Of a stretch of 64,000 nucleotides of DNA, positions 23,427-32,409 are shown one piece after another (position 1 is the first letter of the stretch; every line of letters starts with the position of its first letter). The notes beneath the pieces are model-generated. The model made no database searches, was not told where the DNA came from, and saw nothing but the letters and a program-made list of their open reading frames with translations. Origin of the DNA: Kiloniellaceae bacterium. GTDB taxonomy: Bacteria > Pseudomonadota > Alphaproteobacteria > Kiloniellales > J153. The position numbers and the translations under genes were made by a program. Location: the NCBI GenBank assembly GCA_021776135.1, contig JAJFGL010000031.1:4703-68702 (forward strand), given 5' to 3'.

Positions 23427-24730
23427 TCATTAATGGCCAAGTCGAAAGCCTCGCCGGGGAACCATTTCGCGAGCCGAACATCGGCGGACCTGGCATGGCC
23501 CTCCATGCCTTCGAGACGCGATATGCGCGCGGTCACCTGGGCGATATCGCGATTGGCCTCCCGGGTCATGCGCTGCCATGTGACAATCTTCATGTACTTG
23601 TGGACGGATAAACCACCCGTATAGCGGGCCGCGCCGGACGTCGGCAGCACGTGGTTTGTGCCCGAGGCCTTGTCTCCGAATGCGACAGTGGTCTGCTCGC
23701 CGAGGAACAGGGATCCATAACATTGCAGGCGGCCAAGCCACCAATCGAGGTCTTCGGCCTGAACACTCAGGTGTTCGGGCGCGTAGTCGTCGGCGGTCGC
23801 GGCCATTTCCTCCCGGTTGTCGCCAAGGATCACCTCGGCAAAGTCGCGCCATGCGGCGTCGGCATTCTCGCGGTTGAGATCGGGAAGCGACGCGATCAGC
23901 CGCGGAACGAGCGCGATCACCTGTTCGGCGATGGGGCGGTTGTCCGTGACAAGCCAAACCGGTGAATTGTAGCCATGCTCGGCCTGACCGACGAGGTCGG
24001 CGGCGACAATTTCCGGATCCGCCGTGCTATCGGCCAGGATCAAACTATCCGTCGGACCGGCAAACATATCGATACCGACCCGGCCGAAAAGGATCCTCTT
24101 GGCTTCCGCGACGAATTGGTTTCCAGGCCCAACAAGTATATCGGCTTTGGGCAAACCAAATAGCCCGAAAGCCATGGCGGCGACGCCTTGCACACCCCCA
24201 AGCGCCAGAATCGAATCGGCACCACAGATGTCGGCGGCGTAGATAATCGCCGGGTTGATACCACTATTGGGACGGGGCGGCGAACTAACCACGACTTTTT
24301 GGCAACCAGCCACTTTGGCGGTGGTCACGGTCATGATGGCGGAGGCCACATGGCTGTAACGCCCGCCCGGCACATAGCAACCGGCCGTACGCACGGGGAT
24401 GCTGCGCTGACCGGCTATCAGCCCTGGGACAACCTCGGTCTCGATGTCGCGCAGCGTTTCTTTTTGAGCCTCGGCAAAGCGGCGCACGTTCTGGTGTGAA
24501 TACTGAATATCATCCTTCAGTTTCCCGGGCACGGCCGCATGGGCGGCGTCGATTTCATCTTGCGTCACCAAGACATTGCCACTGTATTTGTCGAACTTTT
24601 CGGCGAATTTCAGCGCCGCCGCATCGCCACCGGCCTCGATTTCGTCCAATATGGCCTGAACCGTCGCACTGACATCATCAGCGCCGCTGGTTGAGGTAAG
24701 GATCGCCTTTTTCAGGTACTCAATTGTCAT
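23423..24730 (-). CDS. hpsN: Histidinol-dehydrogenase-family enzyme; candidate sulfopropanediol 3-dehydrogenase
   Basis: HisD-fold signatures (GPGNQFVAEAK, QAEHG, NHVLPT). Sits in a sugar/sulfonate catabolic operon, not a his operon. Order TRAP-HisD-SDR-ZnADH matches my recollection of hpsKLMNOP. Confidence 0.55.
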   Translation of the reverse strand: MTIEYLKKAILTSTSGADDVSATVQAILDEIEAGGDAAALKFAEKFDKYSGNVLVTQDEIDAAHAAVPGKLKDDIQYSHQNVRRFAEAQKETLRDIETEVVPGLIAGQRSIPVRTAGCYVPGGRYSHVASAIMTVTTAKVAGCQKVVVSSPPRPNSGINPAIIYAADICGADSILALGGVQGVAAMAFGLFGLPKADILVGPGNQFVAEAKRILFGRVGIDMFAGPTDSLILADSTADPEIVAADLVGQAEHGYNSPVWLVTDNRPIAEQVIALVPRLIASLPDLNRENADAAWRDFAEVILGDNREEMAATADDYAPEHLSVQAEDLDWWLGRLQCYGSLFLGEQTTVAFGDKASGTNHVLPTSGAARYTGGLSVHKYMKIVTWQRMTREANRDIAQVTARISRLEGMEGHARSADVRLAKWFPGEAFDLAINE

Positions 24731-24741
24731 TTGCGTGGTGC

Positions 24742-26073
24742 CTATTTTAATATGTCGGGAAGCATGTAAGTGGAGACTTCGGGCACGTAGGCAATCAACA
24801 GCACAACGATCAACATGCAGATGACATAGGGCCCGACACGCGCCGCGATCTTGAGGATGGACTCGCCTGATATCCCGGCGACCACGAACAGGTTCAGGCC
24901 AAGCGGCGGAGTAATGAAACCGACGCCCAGCGCCGTGATCATCATGATGCAGAACTGGATCTCGTTCATGCCGATATTGTCGGCCAATGGTTTGAGGATC
25001 GGCGCAAGGATGACAATGTTCGGGGTTGTCTCCATGACGCAGCCCGCGGCAATCAGGATGCCGATCATGAGCAGGATCAGAATATAGGGGTTGTCCGTCA
25101 TCGAGGTGATGGTGAAGACAAAGCCCTGCGGAATACCCATTGCAGCAAGGGACTGGGCCAGCGGTAAAGAAAACGCGATGATCGGCAAGATCACCCCGTT
25201 CACCTTAGCCGAGCTGATCAGCATGGCCGGGAAGTCCGAAAGCTTGAGCGTTTTCAGGATGAAGCCAATGATGATGGTCACGATCACGGCGGTTGCGCCG
25301 GCCTCTGTCGGCGTCAGCCGGCCGGAGAAGATGCCGTAGAATATGATGCCCGGCACCAAAAACGCGTACCAACCCGACTTGACCGACAGCGCCAGACGCC
25401 CGCCCCATTCCGCAAAGGACATATCACCGCCGCCTTCGTAATTATAAAAGCGATTCACAATGATGTTGGTGATCAGGATAGAGACGAGGATGGCAAGGCC
25501 GGGAATGAGTGCGGCCAAAAACAATGTCGAGGCGGAGATACCGAGAACGAGGCCGATGATGATGTAGGCGATCGAAGGCGGAATCAGGACGCCGGTACAG
25601 GCGCCCGCTGCAACCAGGGCGCAGGCGTAAGGGCGCGGGTAGCCACTTTCAACCAGACGCGAAATCGTCATGCGGCCCACGGCCGCTGCGCCCGCGGCAT
25701 CGGAGCCCGAGATCGCGGCAAACATGCCGCACACCAGGACGGTCGCAGACCCAAACCCACCCTTGGTAAAACAGGTCAGGGCCTCTGCAACGTCCAGGAA
25801 CTTCCGGCTGAGACCGGTTCGAACCAACACGTCGCCAGTCAAAATGAACAGCGGCACCGCGGTCAGCGCAAAGGCATCGATGCCGTCGAACAGCGACTCG
25901 CCCAGCAGTGACAAAGGCAACACACCGGACATCAAGAGTATCACGATGACCGACGCGCCAATGGCCGCCCAGATGGGAATGGCCAACGCGATAAAGGAAA
26001 CGAAAATCAAAACCGGAATATAGAAATCCCAGCCCAGTTCGACGGCTTGCAGCTGTTGTTGAAGACCTAGCAT
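24742..26073 (-). CDS. TRAP transporter large permease (DctM family)
   Basis: 443-aa polytopic protein with DctM-typical segments (FILTGD, GSDAAGAAAVG, ITPPLGLNLF). Confidence 0.85.
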   Translation of the reverse strand: MLGLQQQLQAVELGWDFYIPVLIFVSFIALAIPIWAAIGASVIVILLMSGVLPLSLLGESLFDGIDAFALTAVPLFILTGDVLVRTGLSRKFLDVAEALTCFTKGGFGSATVLVCGMFAAISGSDAAGAAAVGRMTISRLVESGYPRPYACALVAAGACTGVLIPPSIAYIIIGLVLGISASTLFLAALIPGLAILVSILITNIIVNRFYNYEGGGDMSFAEWGGRLALSVKSGWYAFLVPGIIFYGIFSGRLTPTEAGATAVIVTIIIGFILKTLKLSDFPAMLISSAKVNGVILPIIAFSLPLAQSLAAMGIPQGFVFTITSMTDNPYILILLMIGILIAAGCVMETTPNIVILAPILKPLADNIGMNEIQFCIMMITALGVGFITPPLGLNLFVVAGISGESILKIAARVGPYVICMLIVVLLIAYVPEVSTYMLPDILK

Positions 26074-26082
26074 ACCGACACC

Positions 26083-26598
26083 TCAATCAAACATCTTGTT
26101 GCCCTCGAAGACCGCGCGGCCTGTAAACAAATCGCGCACGTCCCGGAGAAACGACTGAATTAGACGGAAAATCATTAGCGAGAAGCCGATGGGAACGGCC
26201 ATCAAAAACCAGACCATCTGCACGCGAAGCCCATGGCTGACAGCGCCGAACTTCCAAGCCACGGCGACGGTCTCGTAGACCCAGAACAGGGCCACGGCAG
26301 CGACCACGAACATGACCAGATCCCCAAGGATGTAGATCAGCGCCTTCACCACATTGGGCACGTAGTGAAGCAAAACGTCGATCCGAATATGCGCGCGTTC
26401 TTTCACCGCGGACGCGGCGCCGATCCATACAAGGTAGATGAAGGAGTAGCGGACAATCTCCTCGCCCCAGATGGAGGAGTAGGCAAAGACCTCGCGGCGG
26501 ATGACTTCGGTCGCCATCGTCACAACCAAAAGCACGTAAAAAACCAGAAGCGCCCATCGCTCGAGATTGGCGTCGATTTTCTTGAGGGCGTGATTCAT
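26083..26598 (-). CDS. TRAP transporter small permease (DctQ family)
   Basis: 171 aa, four TM segments, located between the DctP and DctM genes. Confidence 0.8.
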   Translation of the reverse strand: MNHALKKIDANLERWALLVFYVLLVVTMATEVIRREVFAYSSIWGEEIVRYSFIYLVWIGAASAVKERAHIRIDVLLHYVPNVVKALIYILGDLVMFVVAAVALFWVYETVAVAWKFGAVSHGLRVQMVWFLMAVPIGFSLMIFRLIQSFLRDVRDLFTGRAVFEGNKMFD

Positions 26599-26686
26599 CG
26601 TGACCTCCCTTCAGTAAGGTCGGTTGAATTTGGGAGAATCCGGTAGTGGGGCGGCCCCGGTTCTGGGCCGCCCCAGGCAAACGGGA

Positions 26687-27832
26687 TCAGGCGTCGTGGA
26701 CGTAGTACTTGCTTCGTGTCCCGGCGGCTTCCTCGAGCTTGGCGAATGTTTCCATCGTCCCGCCAAGTTCGGACTTGAAGCTGTCCCATTCCTTCAATTG
26801 GTATCCGCCGGCCGCTTTCCACTCGCCCAGTTGGGCATCGGACAGGGAATGGAACTCGACACCGGATTTACGCAACTCGGCCATCGCGAAGTTCCGAGCC
26901 GATGGCACCTTGGCGAGGTTCTGATGCGCGGTGATCTCCGACGCGATCTCGATCCCTTCCTGCACATCGGCAGGCAGCCCCTGGAACCACTCAAGATTAC
27001 ATGAGAAGATCTGACTGTCGGGAACCGCCTGCGTGAAGGTCACGTGGCTAAGAATGTCCTTAAAGCCGAATACGTAGAGAGCGCCAACCGACGGATCAAG
27101 CGCATCGGCAACACCCTGCTTGATGGCCGAAGGCGTTTCGCCCCACGCCACTGGCGTCGGGTTGGCGCCGACCATGCGATAGTACTGCTGGAGCATTTGC
27201 GAACCCGGGACGCGGAATTTTATGCCACTCATGTCGCTTGGGGAGATGATAGGCCCTGCCCCGCCCTTGCGAACCGCCACGACGCGCGGATCGATCACCA
27301 CATAAAAAAGCGGCTTGAAACCTTTGGCGGCAATCTTGCCGTGAACTTCGCTCTTCCAAACCTCGGAATTAACAAGATTCACGAACCTTTGGTTCGCCCC
27401 GCAGAAGTACGGCAGGTTGATCAGGTCAACGATGGGCGCAAAGGGCGCGAAATTCGAGATCGAGTGCTGGGCCGCCTGAATGGTGCCACCCTGTACCTTC
27501 TGTACCAACGCGCCGCCGGCACCCAACTGACCGCCTGGCGAAAGCTTTACATAGACCTTGCCGTTGGTTGCGTTTTGGATGTTTTCCTTCAAATCCAGCT
27601 GAAGAATCGGATAGCTGCGCGAAGCGCCAATGACATAGGCCGTTGCGACATTCATCGTGAATTCCGCGGTGGATTTGCGCTCTTTTTCCTCTTTGAAGGT
27701 TTGCGCGGCAGCTTCGGACGACCCCAGAGTCCCCGCGGTGCCGGCCACGACCGCCGCGGTAAATGCCCCACTTCCCGAGAGCTTCAGGAAATTGCGACGC
27801 TCCGCCGACTTCAGTTCAGTTTTGTCACTCAT
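26687..27832 (-). CDS. TRAP transporter substrate-binding protein (DctP family) with Tat-type signal
   Basis: Twin-arginine leader ERRNFLKLSGSG...AAAQ. DctP-family length and position. Confidence 0.85.
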   Translation of the reverse strand: MSDKTELKSAERRNFLKLSGSGAFTAAVVAGTAGTLGSSEAAAQTFKEEKERKSTAEFTMNVATAYVIGASRSYPILQLDLKENIQNATNGKVYVKLSPGGQLGAGGALVQKVQGGTIQAAQHSISNFAPFAPIVDLINLPYFCGANQRFVNLVNSEVWKSEVHGKIAAKGFKPLFYVVIDPRVVAVRKGGAGPIISPSDMSGIKFRVPGSQMLQQYYRMVGANPTPVAWGETPSAIKQGVADALDPSVGALYVFGFKDILSHVTFTQAVPDSQIFSCNLEWFQGLPADVQEGIEIASEITAHQNLAKVPSARNFAMAELRKSGVEFHSLSDAQLGEWKAAGGYQLKEWDSFKSELGGTMETFAKLEEAAGTRSKYYVHDA

Positions 27833-27842
27833 CTCGTTCCTC

Positions 27843-27878
27843 CCTGTTTAGGAAATCAGTCCTGTTTAGAAAATCAGT
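27843..27878. repeat. Tandem 18-bp direct repeat (cctgtttaggaaatcagt / cctgtttagaaaatcagt) abutting the dctP RBS
   Basis: Two adjacent copies read directly, with 1 mismatch. They lie between the small membrane ORF stop and the dctP ATG. Confidence 0.7.
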
Positions 27879-27885
27879 CCTCGTA

Positions 27886-28101
27886 TTAGCCTTCGGCGGC
27901 CATATTTTCGTTGTTTTCCATTTTCGTTTTACGTTCCTCTTGAAGGATCGCGACTACGAAGAAGACGGTCGACAAGATCACCATCCAAAGTTCGCCCAGA
28001 TCTCCCAAGAACTGCCGCACCCCCATCGATCCTAGGACAACATTCAGTCCAAAGATCATAAACAGGGCAGCGGCTACGATCAGCGCCTTTCGTCCGGACA
28101 T
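27886..28101 (-). CDS. Small two-TM membrane protein (71 aa), first gene of the TRAP operon
   Basis: Start at ATG 28101 (MSGRKALIVAAALFMIFGLNVVLG...). Two hydrophobic helices. Lower GC than neighbours. No family recognised. Confidence 0.35.
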   Translation of the reverse strand: MSGRKALIVAAALFMIFGLNVVLGSMGVRQFLGDLGELWMVILSTVFFVVAILQEERKTKMENNENMAAEG

Positions 28102-28123
28102 CGCAATAACTCCCTCTTTCGAA

Positions 28124-28137
28124 TGTAAGCGCTTGCA
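28124..28137. promoter_or_regulatory. LacI/GalR-family operator (TGTAAGCGCTTGCA)
   Basis: 14-bp near-perfect palindrome (6 of 7 pairs) matching the TGNAANCGNTTNCA family consensus. Lies in the divergent region between the LacI-type regulator and the TRAP operon. Confidence 0.55.
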
Positions 28138-28252
28138 ATTTTTTAACGATATGCCCGAATGAGACTTCATGTCAACCCCTTTAGTCGAAGGCGGAATTGT
28201 CATATACTGGCCTAGCTTACCATTAGGTGAGGCTTTGGAGTGCTATGGTGTC

Positions 28253-29308
28253 ATGGAGACTGAGAAAAAGCGTAAGAGCAAGCGCTTGCAAAAACCGAGT
28301 GGAAACCTTCCGACCTTAGCGGATGTGGCGACGCGCGCGGCGGTTTCGACGGCGACTGTATCGCGCTTTTTCAGTGCCCCGGAGAAGATAAAACCGGCGC
28401 TGTTTCAGCGGGTTCAGGAGGCGATCAACGAGCTTGGCTACACCCCGCACGGCGCGGCTCGGGCTTTGGCGTCTCAGCGCAGCAACACCATCGGCGCGGT
28501 GATACCGACGCTCGACAACGCGATTTTCGCGACCGTGATCCAGACCTTCCAAAAGGAGCTTGCCGCGAGGGGAAAAACCTTACTGCTCGCCGCGACGGAC
28601 TACGAGCCAGGGCGCGAACGCGGCCAAATAGAGAACCTCATCGTGCGCGGATTGGACGGGCTCATGTTGACCGGCGAGGATCGAGACCCGGCAATTTACG
28701 CGCTGCTCGATCGGCGCGGAATCCGTTATGCAAATACCTATGTTCACCACCCGACTTCGCCCTATCCCACGATTGGGTTCGACAATCGGCGCGCCATGCG
28801 AAAACTCGTAGATTATCTCCTCGACCTCGGCCACCAATCCTTCGCCATGATCGCCGGCATAACCAAAGGCAACGATCGAGCACGAGAACGCATTTTGGGC
28901 GTGCAAGATGCCCTTGAACGTAAAAATCTGCGCCTCGATCCGGCCTCTGTCCTGGAACGGCCCTACAGTCTTGCGGCTGGGCGCGACGCTTTGCGCCAAC
29001 TCATGACGCGGTCAGAACGACCCACGGCGGTCGTTTGCGGCAACGATGTTCTGGCCCTTGGCGCCCTCCTGGAGGCATCGGCCATGAAAATCAAGGTGCC
29101 GGCCGACATTTCCATCACCGGCTTCGACGATCTCGACCTGGCCAGAGAAATTCCGCCGGGCTTGACGACCATCCACGCCCCACTGGAGGAAATGGGCCGC
29201 CAAACCGCCGCCTATCTCCTGGATGCGGTTTCTCTTGGCGTTAGCGTGCCACACATAGATTTGCCAACGGAGCTGGTCGTACGCGGTTCCACGGGCCCAC
29301 GGCGATAG
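28253..29308 (+). CDS. LacI-family transcriptional regulator
   Basis: N-terminal HTH TLADVATRAAVSTATVSRF followed by a periplasmic-binding-protein-like effector domain. Start chosen at Met 28253. Confidence 0.85.
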   Translation: METEKKRKSKRLQKPSGNLPTLADVATRAAVSTATVSRFFSAPEKIKPALFQRVQEAINELGYTPHGAARALASQRSNTIGAVIPTLDNAIFATVIQTFQKELAARGKTLLLAATDYEPGRERGQIENLIVRGLDGLMLTGEDRDPAIYALLDRRGIRYANTYVHHPTSPYPTIGFDNRRAMRKLVDYLLDLGHQSFAMIAGITKGNDRARERILGVQDALERKNLRLDPASVLERPYSLAAGRDALRQLMTRSERPTAVVCGNDVLALGALLEASAMKIKVPADISITGFDDLDLAREIPPGLTTIHAPLEEMGRQTAAYLLDAVSLGVSVPHIDLPTELVVRGSTGPRR

Positions 29309-29460
29309 GACTAATTTGGCTCTGTCAGCGCCGTGGGAAATCCAGGACCAGTTCCGCTAGGCCACGGAGCCTTAGTTAGGCGCGGCCGACGCTTCCACAG
29401 CCGGCCGGGCCCGGACATCCTCGCGGTGACGCTTCCAAACTGGCTTGAAAGGACAAGTCG

Positions 29461-29898
29461 CTAAACGGGAAACCCCTGCCAGAGATCATCCAATACCCGC
29501 TCGTTGTCTGTACTCTCCTCGACCACAGAGCGCAAAAGATCGCGGACCGAAACGATGGCGAGTACTTCGCCGCGATCCTTGACTAGGAGGTGCCGGCTAC
29601 GCTGCTTCTTCATTGCGAAGATCGCCGAACGAACGGAATCGTTCGGACCGATGAAGGCGGGATCGGGGGTCATGACGTCCTTAAGCTTGGTTTCATCGGG
29701 CGACCGGCCGCCAGCGACAATCCGGTCCAGCATGTCGCGTTCGGTGAAAATCCCACTTGTCTCGCCTCCATCGCGGACCAGGATCGCCCCGATATGCCGC
29801 GCCGACATTTGCCGGGCCGCCTCGCGTACCATGGTCTCGCCCGGAAGGAGCAAAAGTTCCTGTCCTTGGATCAACCCGGCAATCTTCCGGTCTAACAT
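29461..29898 (-). CDS. CBS-pair domain protein
   Basis: Two CBS-like repeats (VREAARQMSARHIGAILV..., SVRSAIFAMKKQRSRHLLV...). Start set at the internal Met (MLDRK). Confidence 0.7.
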   Translation of the reverse strand: MLDRKIAGLIQGQELLLLPGETMVREAARQMSARHIGAILVRDGGETSGIFTERDMLDRIVAGGRSPDETKLKDVMTPDPAFIGPNDSVRSAIFAMKKQRSRHLLVKDRGEVLAIVSVRDLLRSVVEESTDNERVLDDLWQGFPV

Positions 29899-30077
29899 GC
29901 TCGGTTTCCTCTTCGAATGATCTTCCGGCCGCCACGCGCTATACAGACTACACATTCCGTATCGAGGTTTATTGACCTCGATCAACTTCGGCCAACCCTG
30001 TTTCCTGCTAATTTTGGTTAAATAATGAGAAATGGGCCTTCGGGCGGCGATCTTGTCGCCGGCCCCGAAACGGGGAG

Positions 30078-31616
30078 GTGATCGTGTCTCTTGAAGCGAA
30101 GCTTGCCGCGGAGCTGCGCAGTCGGCGCGAAGCGATTAGGCACGGCGGTGGCCTGGGTAAACTGGCGGCACGGCGCGAGAAAGGTCTTATGAGCGCGCGG
30201 GAGCGGCTCGAAACACTGTGCCAACCGCATACCTTTCAGGAATCCGGCGCTCATGTTCGCGCCGGCGAGAAGGGGCTGCCCGCCGACGGCGTAGTGGTAG
30301 GCACCGGGTTTATCGATGGCCGTCTGGTCGCCGTTCTCAGCCAGGATTTTACCGTCGCCGCGGGGACGTTGGGCAAGGCCCACGCCATGAAAATCGTCGA
30401 GATCATGCGCCAGGCCAAGAAAATTGGCGCCCCGCTGATCGCCTTTCAGGACTCCGGCGGCGCGCGGATTCAAGAAGGGGTCGATGCCTTATCCGGCTAT
30501 GGCCGGGTGTTCTATAATAACGTCCTTCTGTCGGGCGTCGTGCCCCAGATCGCGATCATCGCCGGCCCTTGCGCCGGTGGCGCCGCATATTCACCGGCCT
30601 TGATGGATTTCATCATCATGACCGAAGACAACGCCCGCATGTTCATTACTGGACCGGAGGTCATCAAGGCGGTCACCGGCCGCGACACCACCATGGATGA
30701 GATAGGCAGCGCGGCCATGCATTCGCAGATTAGCGGCAACGTGCATCTGGTCGCGCGTGACGACAACCACGCGATCCATCTGGCGCGCGAATTATTGAGC
30801 TATCTGCCGTCCAATAATACCGAGGACCCGCCGCATCGCCCGAACGTCGATTTGGCGCAAATCGACGACGAGGGCATGAACGACCTGATCCCCGAGGATC
30901 CCGGTGAAGCTATGGATGTGCGCCCGATCATCGAACGGCTGCTGGACCGTGGCGATTTCATGGAAATTCACGGCGGTTGGGCACAGAACCTGATGGTCGG
31001 ATTTGGCCGTATCGAGGGCGTCGTGGTGGGCATCGTCGCCAACCAGCCAACGGTCCGCGCGGGAGCGCTGGACATCGACGCCTCCGACAAGGCTTCGCGC
31101 TTCGTGCGCTTTTGCAACATCTTCAATATCCCCCTGGTCACCTTGGTCGACGTGCCCGGATTTCTGCCTGGCGTGGAGCAAGAACGCGGCGGCATCATCC
31201 GCCACGGCGCCAAGATGCTTTACGCCTATGCCGCCGCGACGGTACCCAAGCTGACGATCATCATGCGCAAGGCCTACGGTGGATCGTACCTGGCCATGTG
31301 CGCCCAGGAGATGGGCGCGGATTGCGTCTACGCCTGGCCCAGCGCGCAGATCGCGGTCATGGGCGCGGAGGGCGCGGTCAAGATACTCTATCGCAAGGAA
31401 ATCGCGGCGGCAGAGGATCCCGGCGCCAAGTCGGCCGAGCTTGCCGCGCACTACCGCGCCGAATTCGCCTCGCCTTATCTATCCGCCGCCCACGGCTATG
31501 TCACCGACGTGATAGATCCGGCCGAGACCCGCTGGATGGTCGCCCTGTCCCTACGCAAGCTTCTTGCCAAACGCGAACTGCGGCCACCCAAGAAGCATGG
31601 CAACAACCCCATGTAA
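30078..31616 (+). CDS. mmdA: Acyl-CoA carboxyltransferase subunit (methylmalonyl-CoA decarboxylase alpha / PccB family)
   Basis: 512 aa with PccB/MmdA-typical segments (FQDSGGARIQEGV, GPCAGGAAYSPAL, VDVPGFLPG, RKAYGGSYLAM). GTG start at 30078 or 30084. Followed by delta, biotin-carrier and beta subunits. Confidence 0.75.
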   Translation: MIVSLEAKLAAELRSRREAIRHGGGLGKLAARREKGLMSARERLETLCQPHTFQESGAHVRAGEKGLPADGVVVGTGFIDGRLVAVLSQDFTVAAGTLGKAHAMKIVEIMRQAKKIGAPLIAFQDSGGARIQEGVDALSGYGRVFYNNVLLSGVVPQIAIIAGPCAGGAAYSPALMDFIIMTEDNARMFITGPEVIKAVTGRDTTMDEIGSAAMHSQISGNVHLVARDDNHAIHLARELLSYLPSNNTEDPPHRPNVDLAQIDDEGMNDLIPEDPGEAMDVRPIIERLLDRGDFMEIHGGWAQNLMVGFGRIEGVVVGIVANQPTVRAGALDIDASDKASRFVRFCNIFNIPLVTLVDVPGFLPGVEQERGGIIRHGAKMLYAYAAATVPKLTIIMRKAYGGSYLAMCAQEMGADCVYAWPSAQIAVMGAEGAVKILYRKEIAAAEDPGAKSAELAAHYRAEFASPYLSAAHGYVTDVIDPAETRWMVALSLRKLLAKRELRPPKKHGNNPM

Positions 31617-31656
31617 GACCGCGCGGCGTCATGACCACGATTGAAAGCGTGACTGA

Positions 31657-31986
31657 ATGAGCGACTTGATAAGCCTCTCGCTCGGCATCTATGCCCTGGC
31701 AATTGCGATCTCGTTCGTCATAGCGGCGACGATCAAAGGCATCGTCTGGGCGCTGCCCTTGTTGAGCCGGCCGCAACAGGCGGATCCGGTATCGGTACCG
31801 GCCGCACCCATGGTCACCGCCGTCCCGGCGGAGCATGTCGCGGCCATTGGCGCGGTGCTGGCGGCCATGCTCGGCGACCGGCACATCGTTCATATCGAAG
31901 ATCGTGGCCGGGGCGCGATCTGGACCGCCGAGGGCCGTATGCTGCACCAAACTTCGCACGGCGTATCGCACAAGCCGAAATACTAA
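31657..31986 (+). CDS. mmdD: Small membrane-anchored subunit of Na+-translocating decarboxylase (OadG/MmdD-like)
   Basis: N-terminal TM helix, Ala/Pro linker and conserved C-terminal block (HVAAIGAVLAAMLG...W...GR). Position between alpha and biotin carrier. Confidence 0.5.
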   Translation: MSDLISLSLGIYALAIAISFVIAATIKGIVWALPLLSRPQQADPVSVPAAPMVTAVPAEHVAAIGAVLAAMLGDRHIVHIEDRGRGAIWTAEGRMLHQTSHGVSHKPKY

Positions 31987-32009
31987 GCGGACGGCAAAAG
32001 GAAACCGCC

Positions 32010-32405
32010 ATGCAGAGACGATTCAAGATTAATGTCGACGGTCACGAATACGACGTGGCCGTCACCGAGATCACCGAGGGACCGGGAAATCTCTATCCCG
32101 ACCGCGGCACCATGGATACGGCCCATCCCCCCGCACCGGAAAAAACCGCGCAGGGTGTCACCCGGCCGGTGCCGCCGAAGCTTCAAGCTAAGCCGGGCGA
32201 TGTCGTCAGCCCGATCGCCGGGGTCGTGGTCTCGATCGACGTCGCCCAAGATGCCCAAGTCGGAATCACGACACGCGTCGCAACCTTGGAGGCGATGAAA
32301 ACCAAAACCTACGTCAACGCCGGCCGGGCCGGTACGGTCAGCGGCATCGCCGTTAGCGCGGGCGACCCGGTTGAGCCCGATCAAACCCTTCTGACCATCG
32401 CCTAG
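32010..32405 (+). CDS. mmdC: Biotin carboxyl carrier subunit
   Basis: C-terminal biotinyl domain with the EAMKT biotinylation motif (ATLEAMKTKTYV). Pro/Ala-rich linker. Confidence 0.75.
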   Translation: MQRRFKINVDGHEYDVAVTEITEGPGNLYPDRGTMDTAHPPAPEKTAQGVTRPVPPKLQAKPGDVVSPIAGVVVSIDVAQDAQVGITTRVATLEAMKTKTYVNAGRAGTVSGIAVSAGDPVEPDQTLLTIA

Positions 32406-32409
32406 GGCG

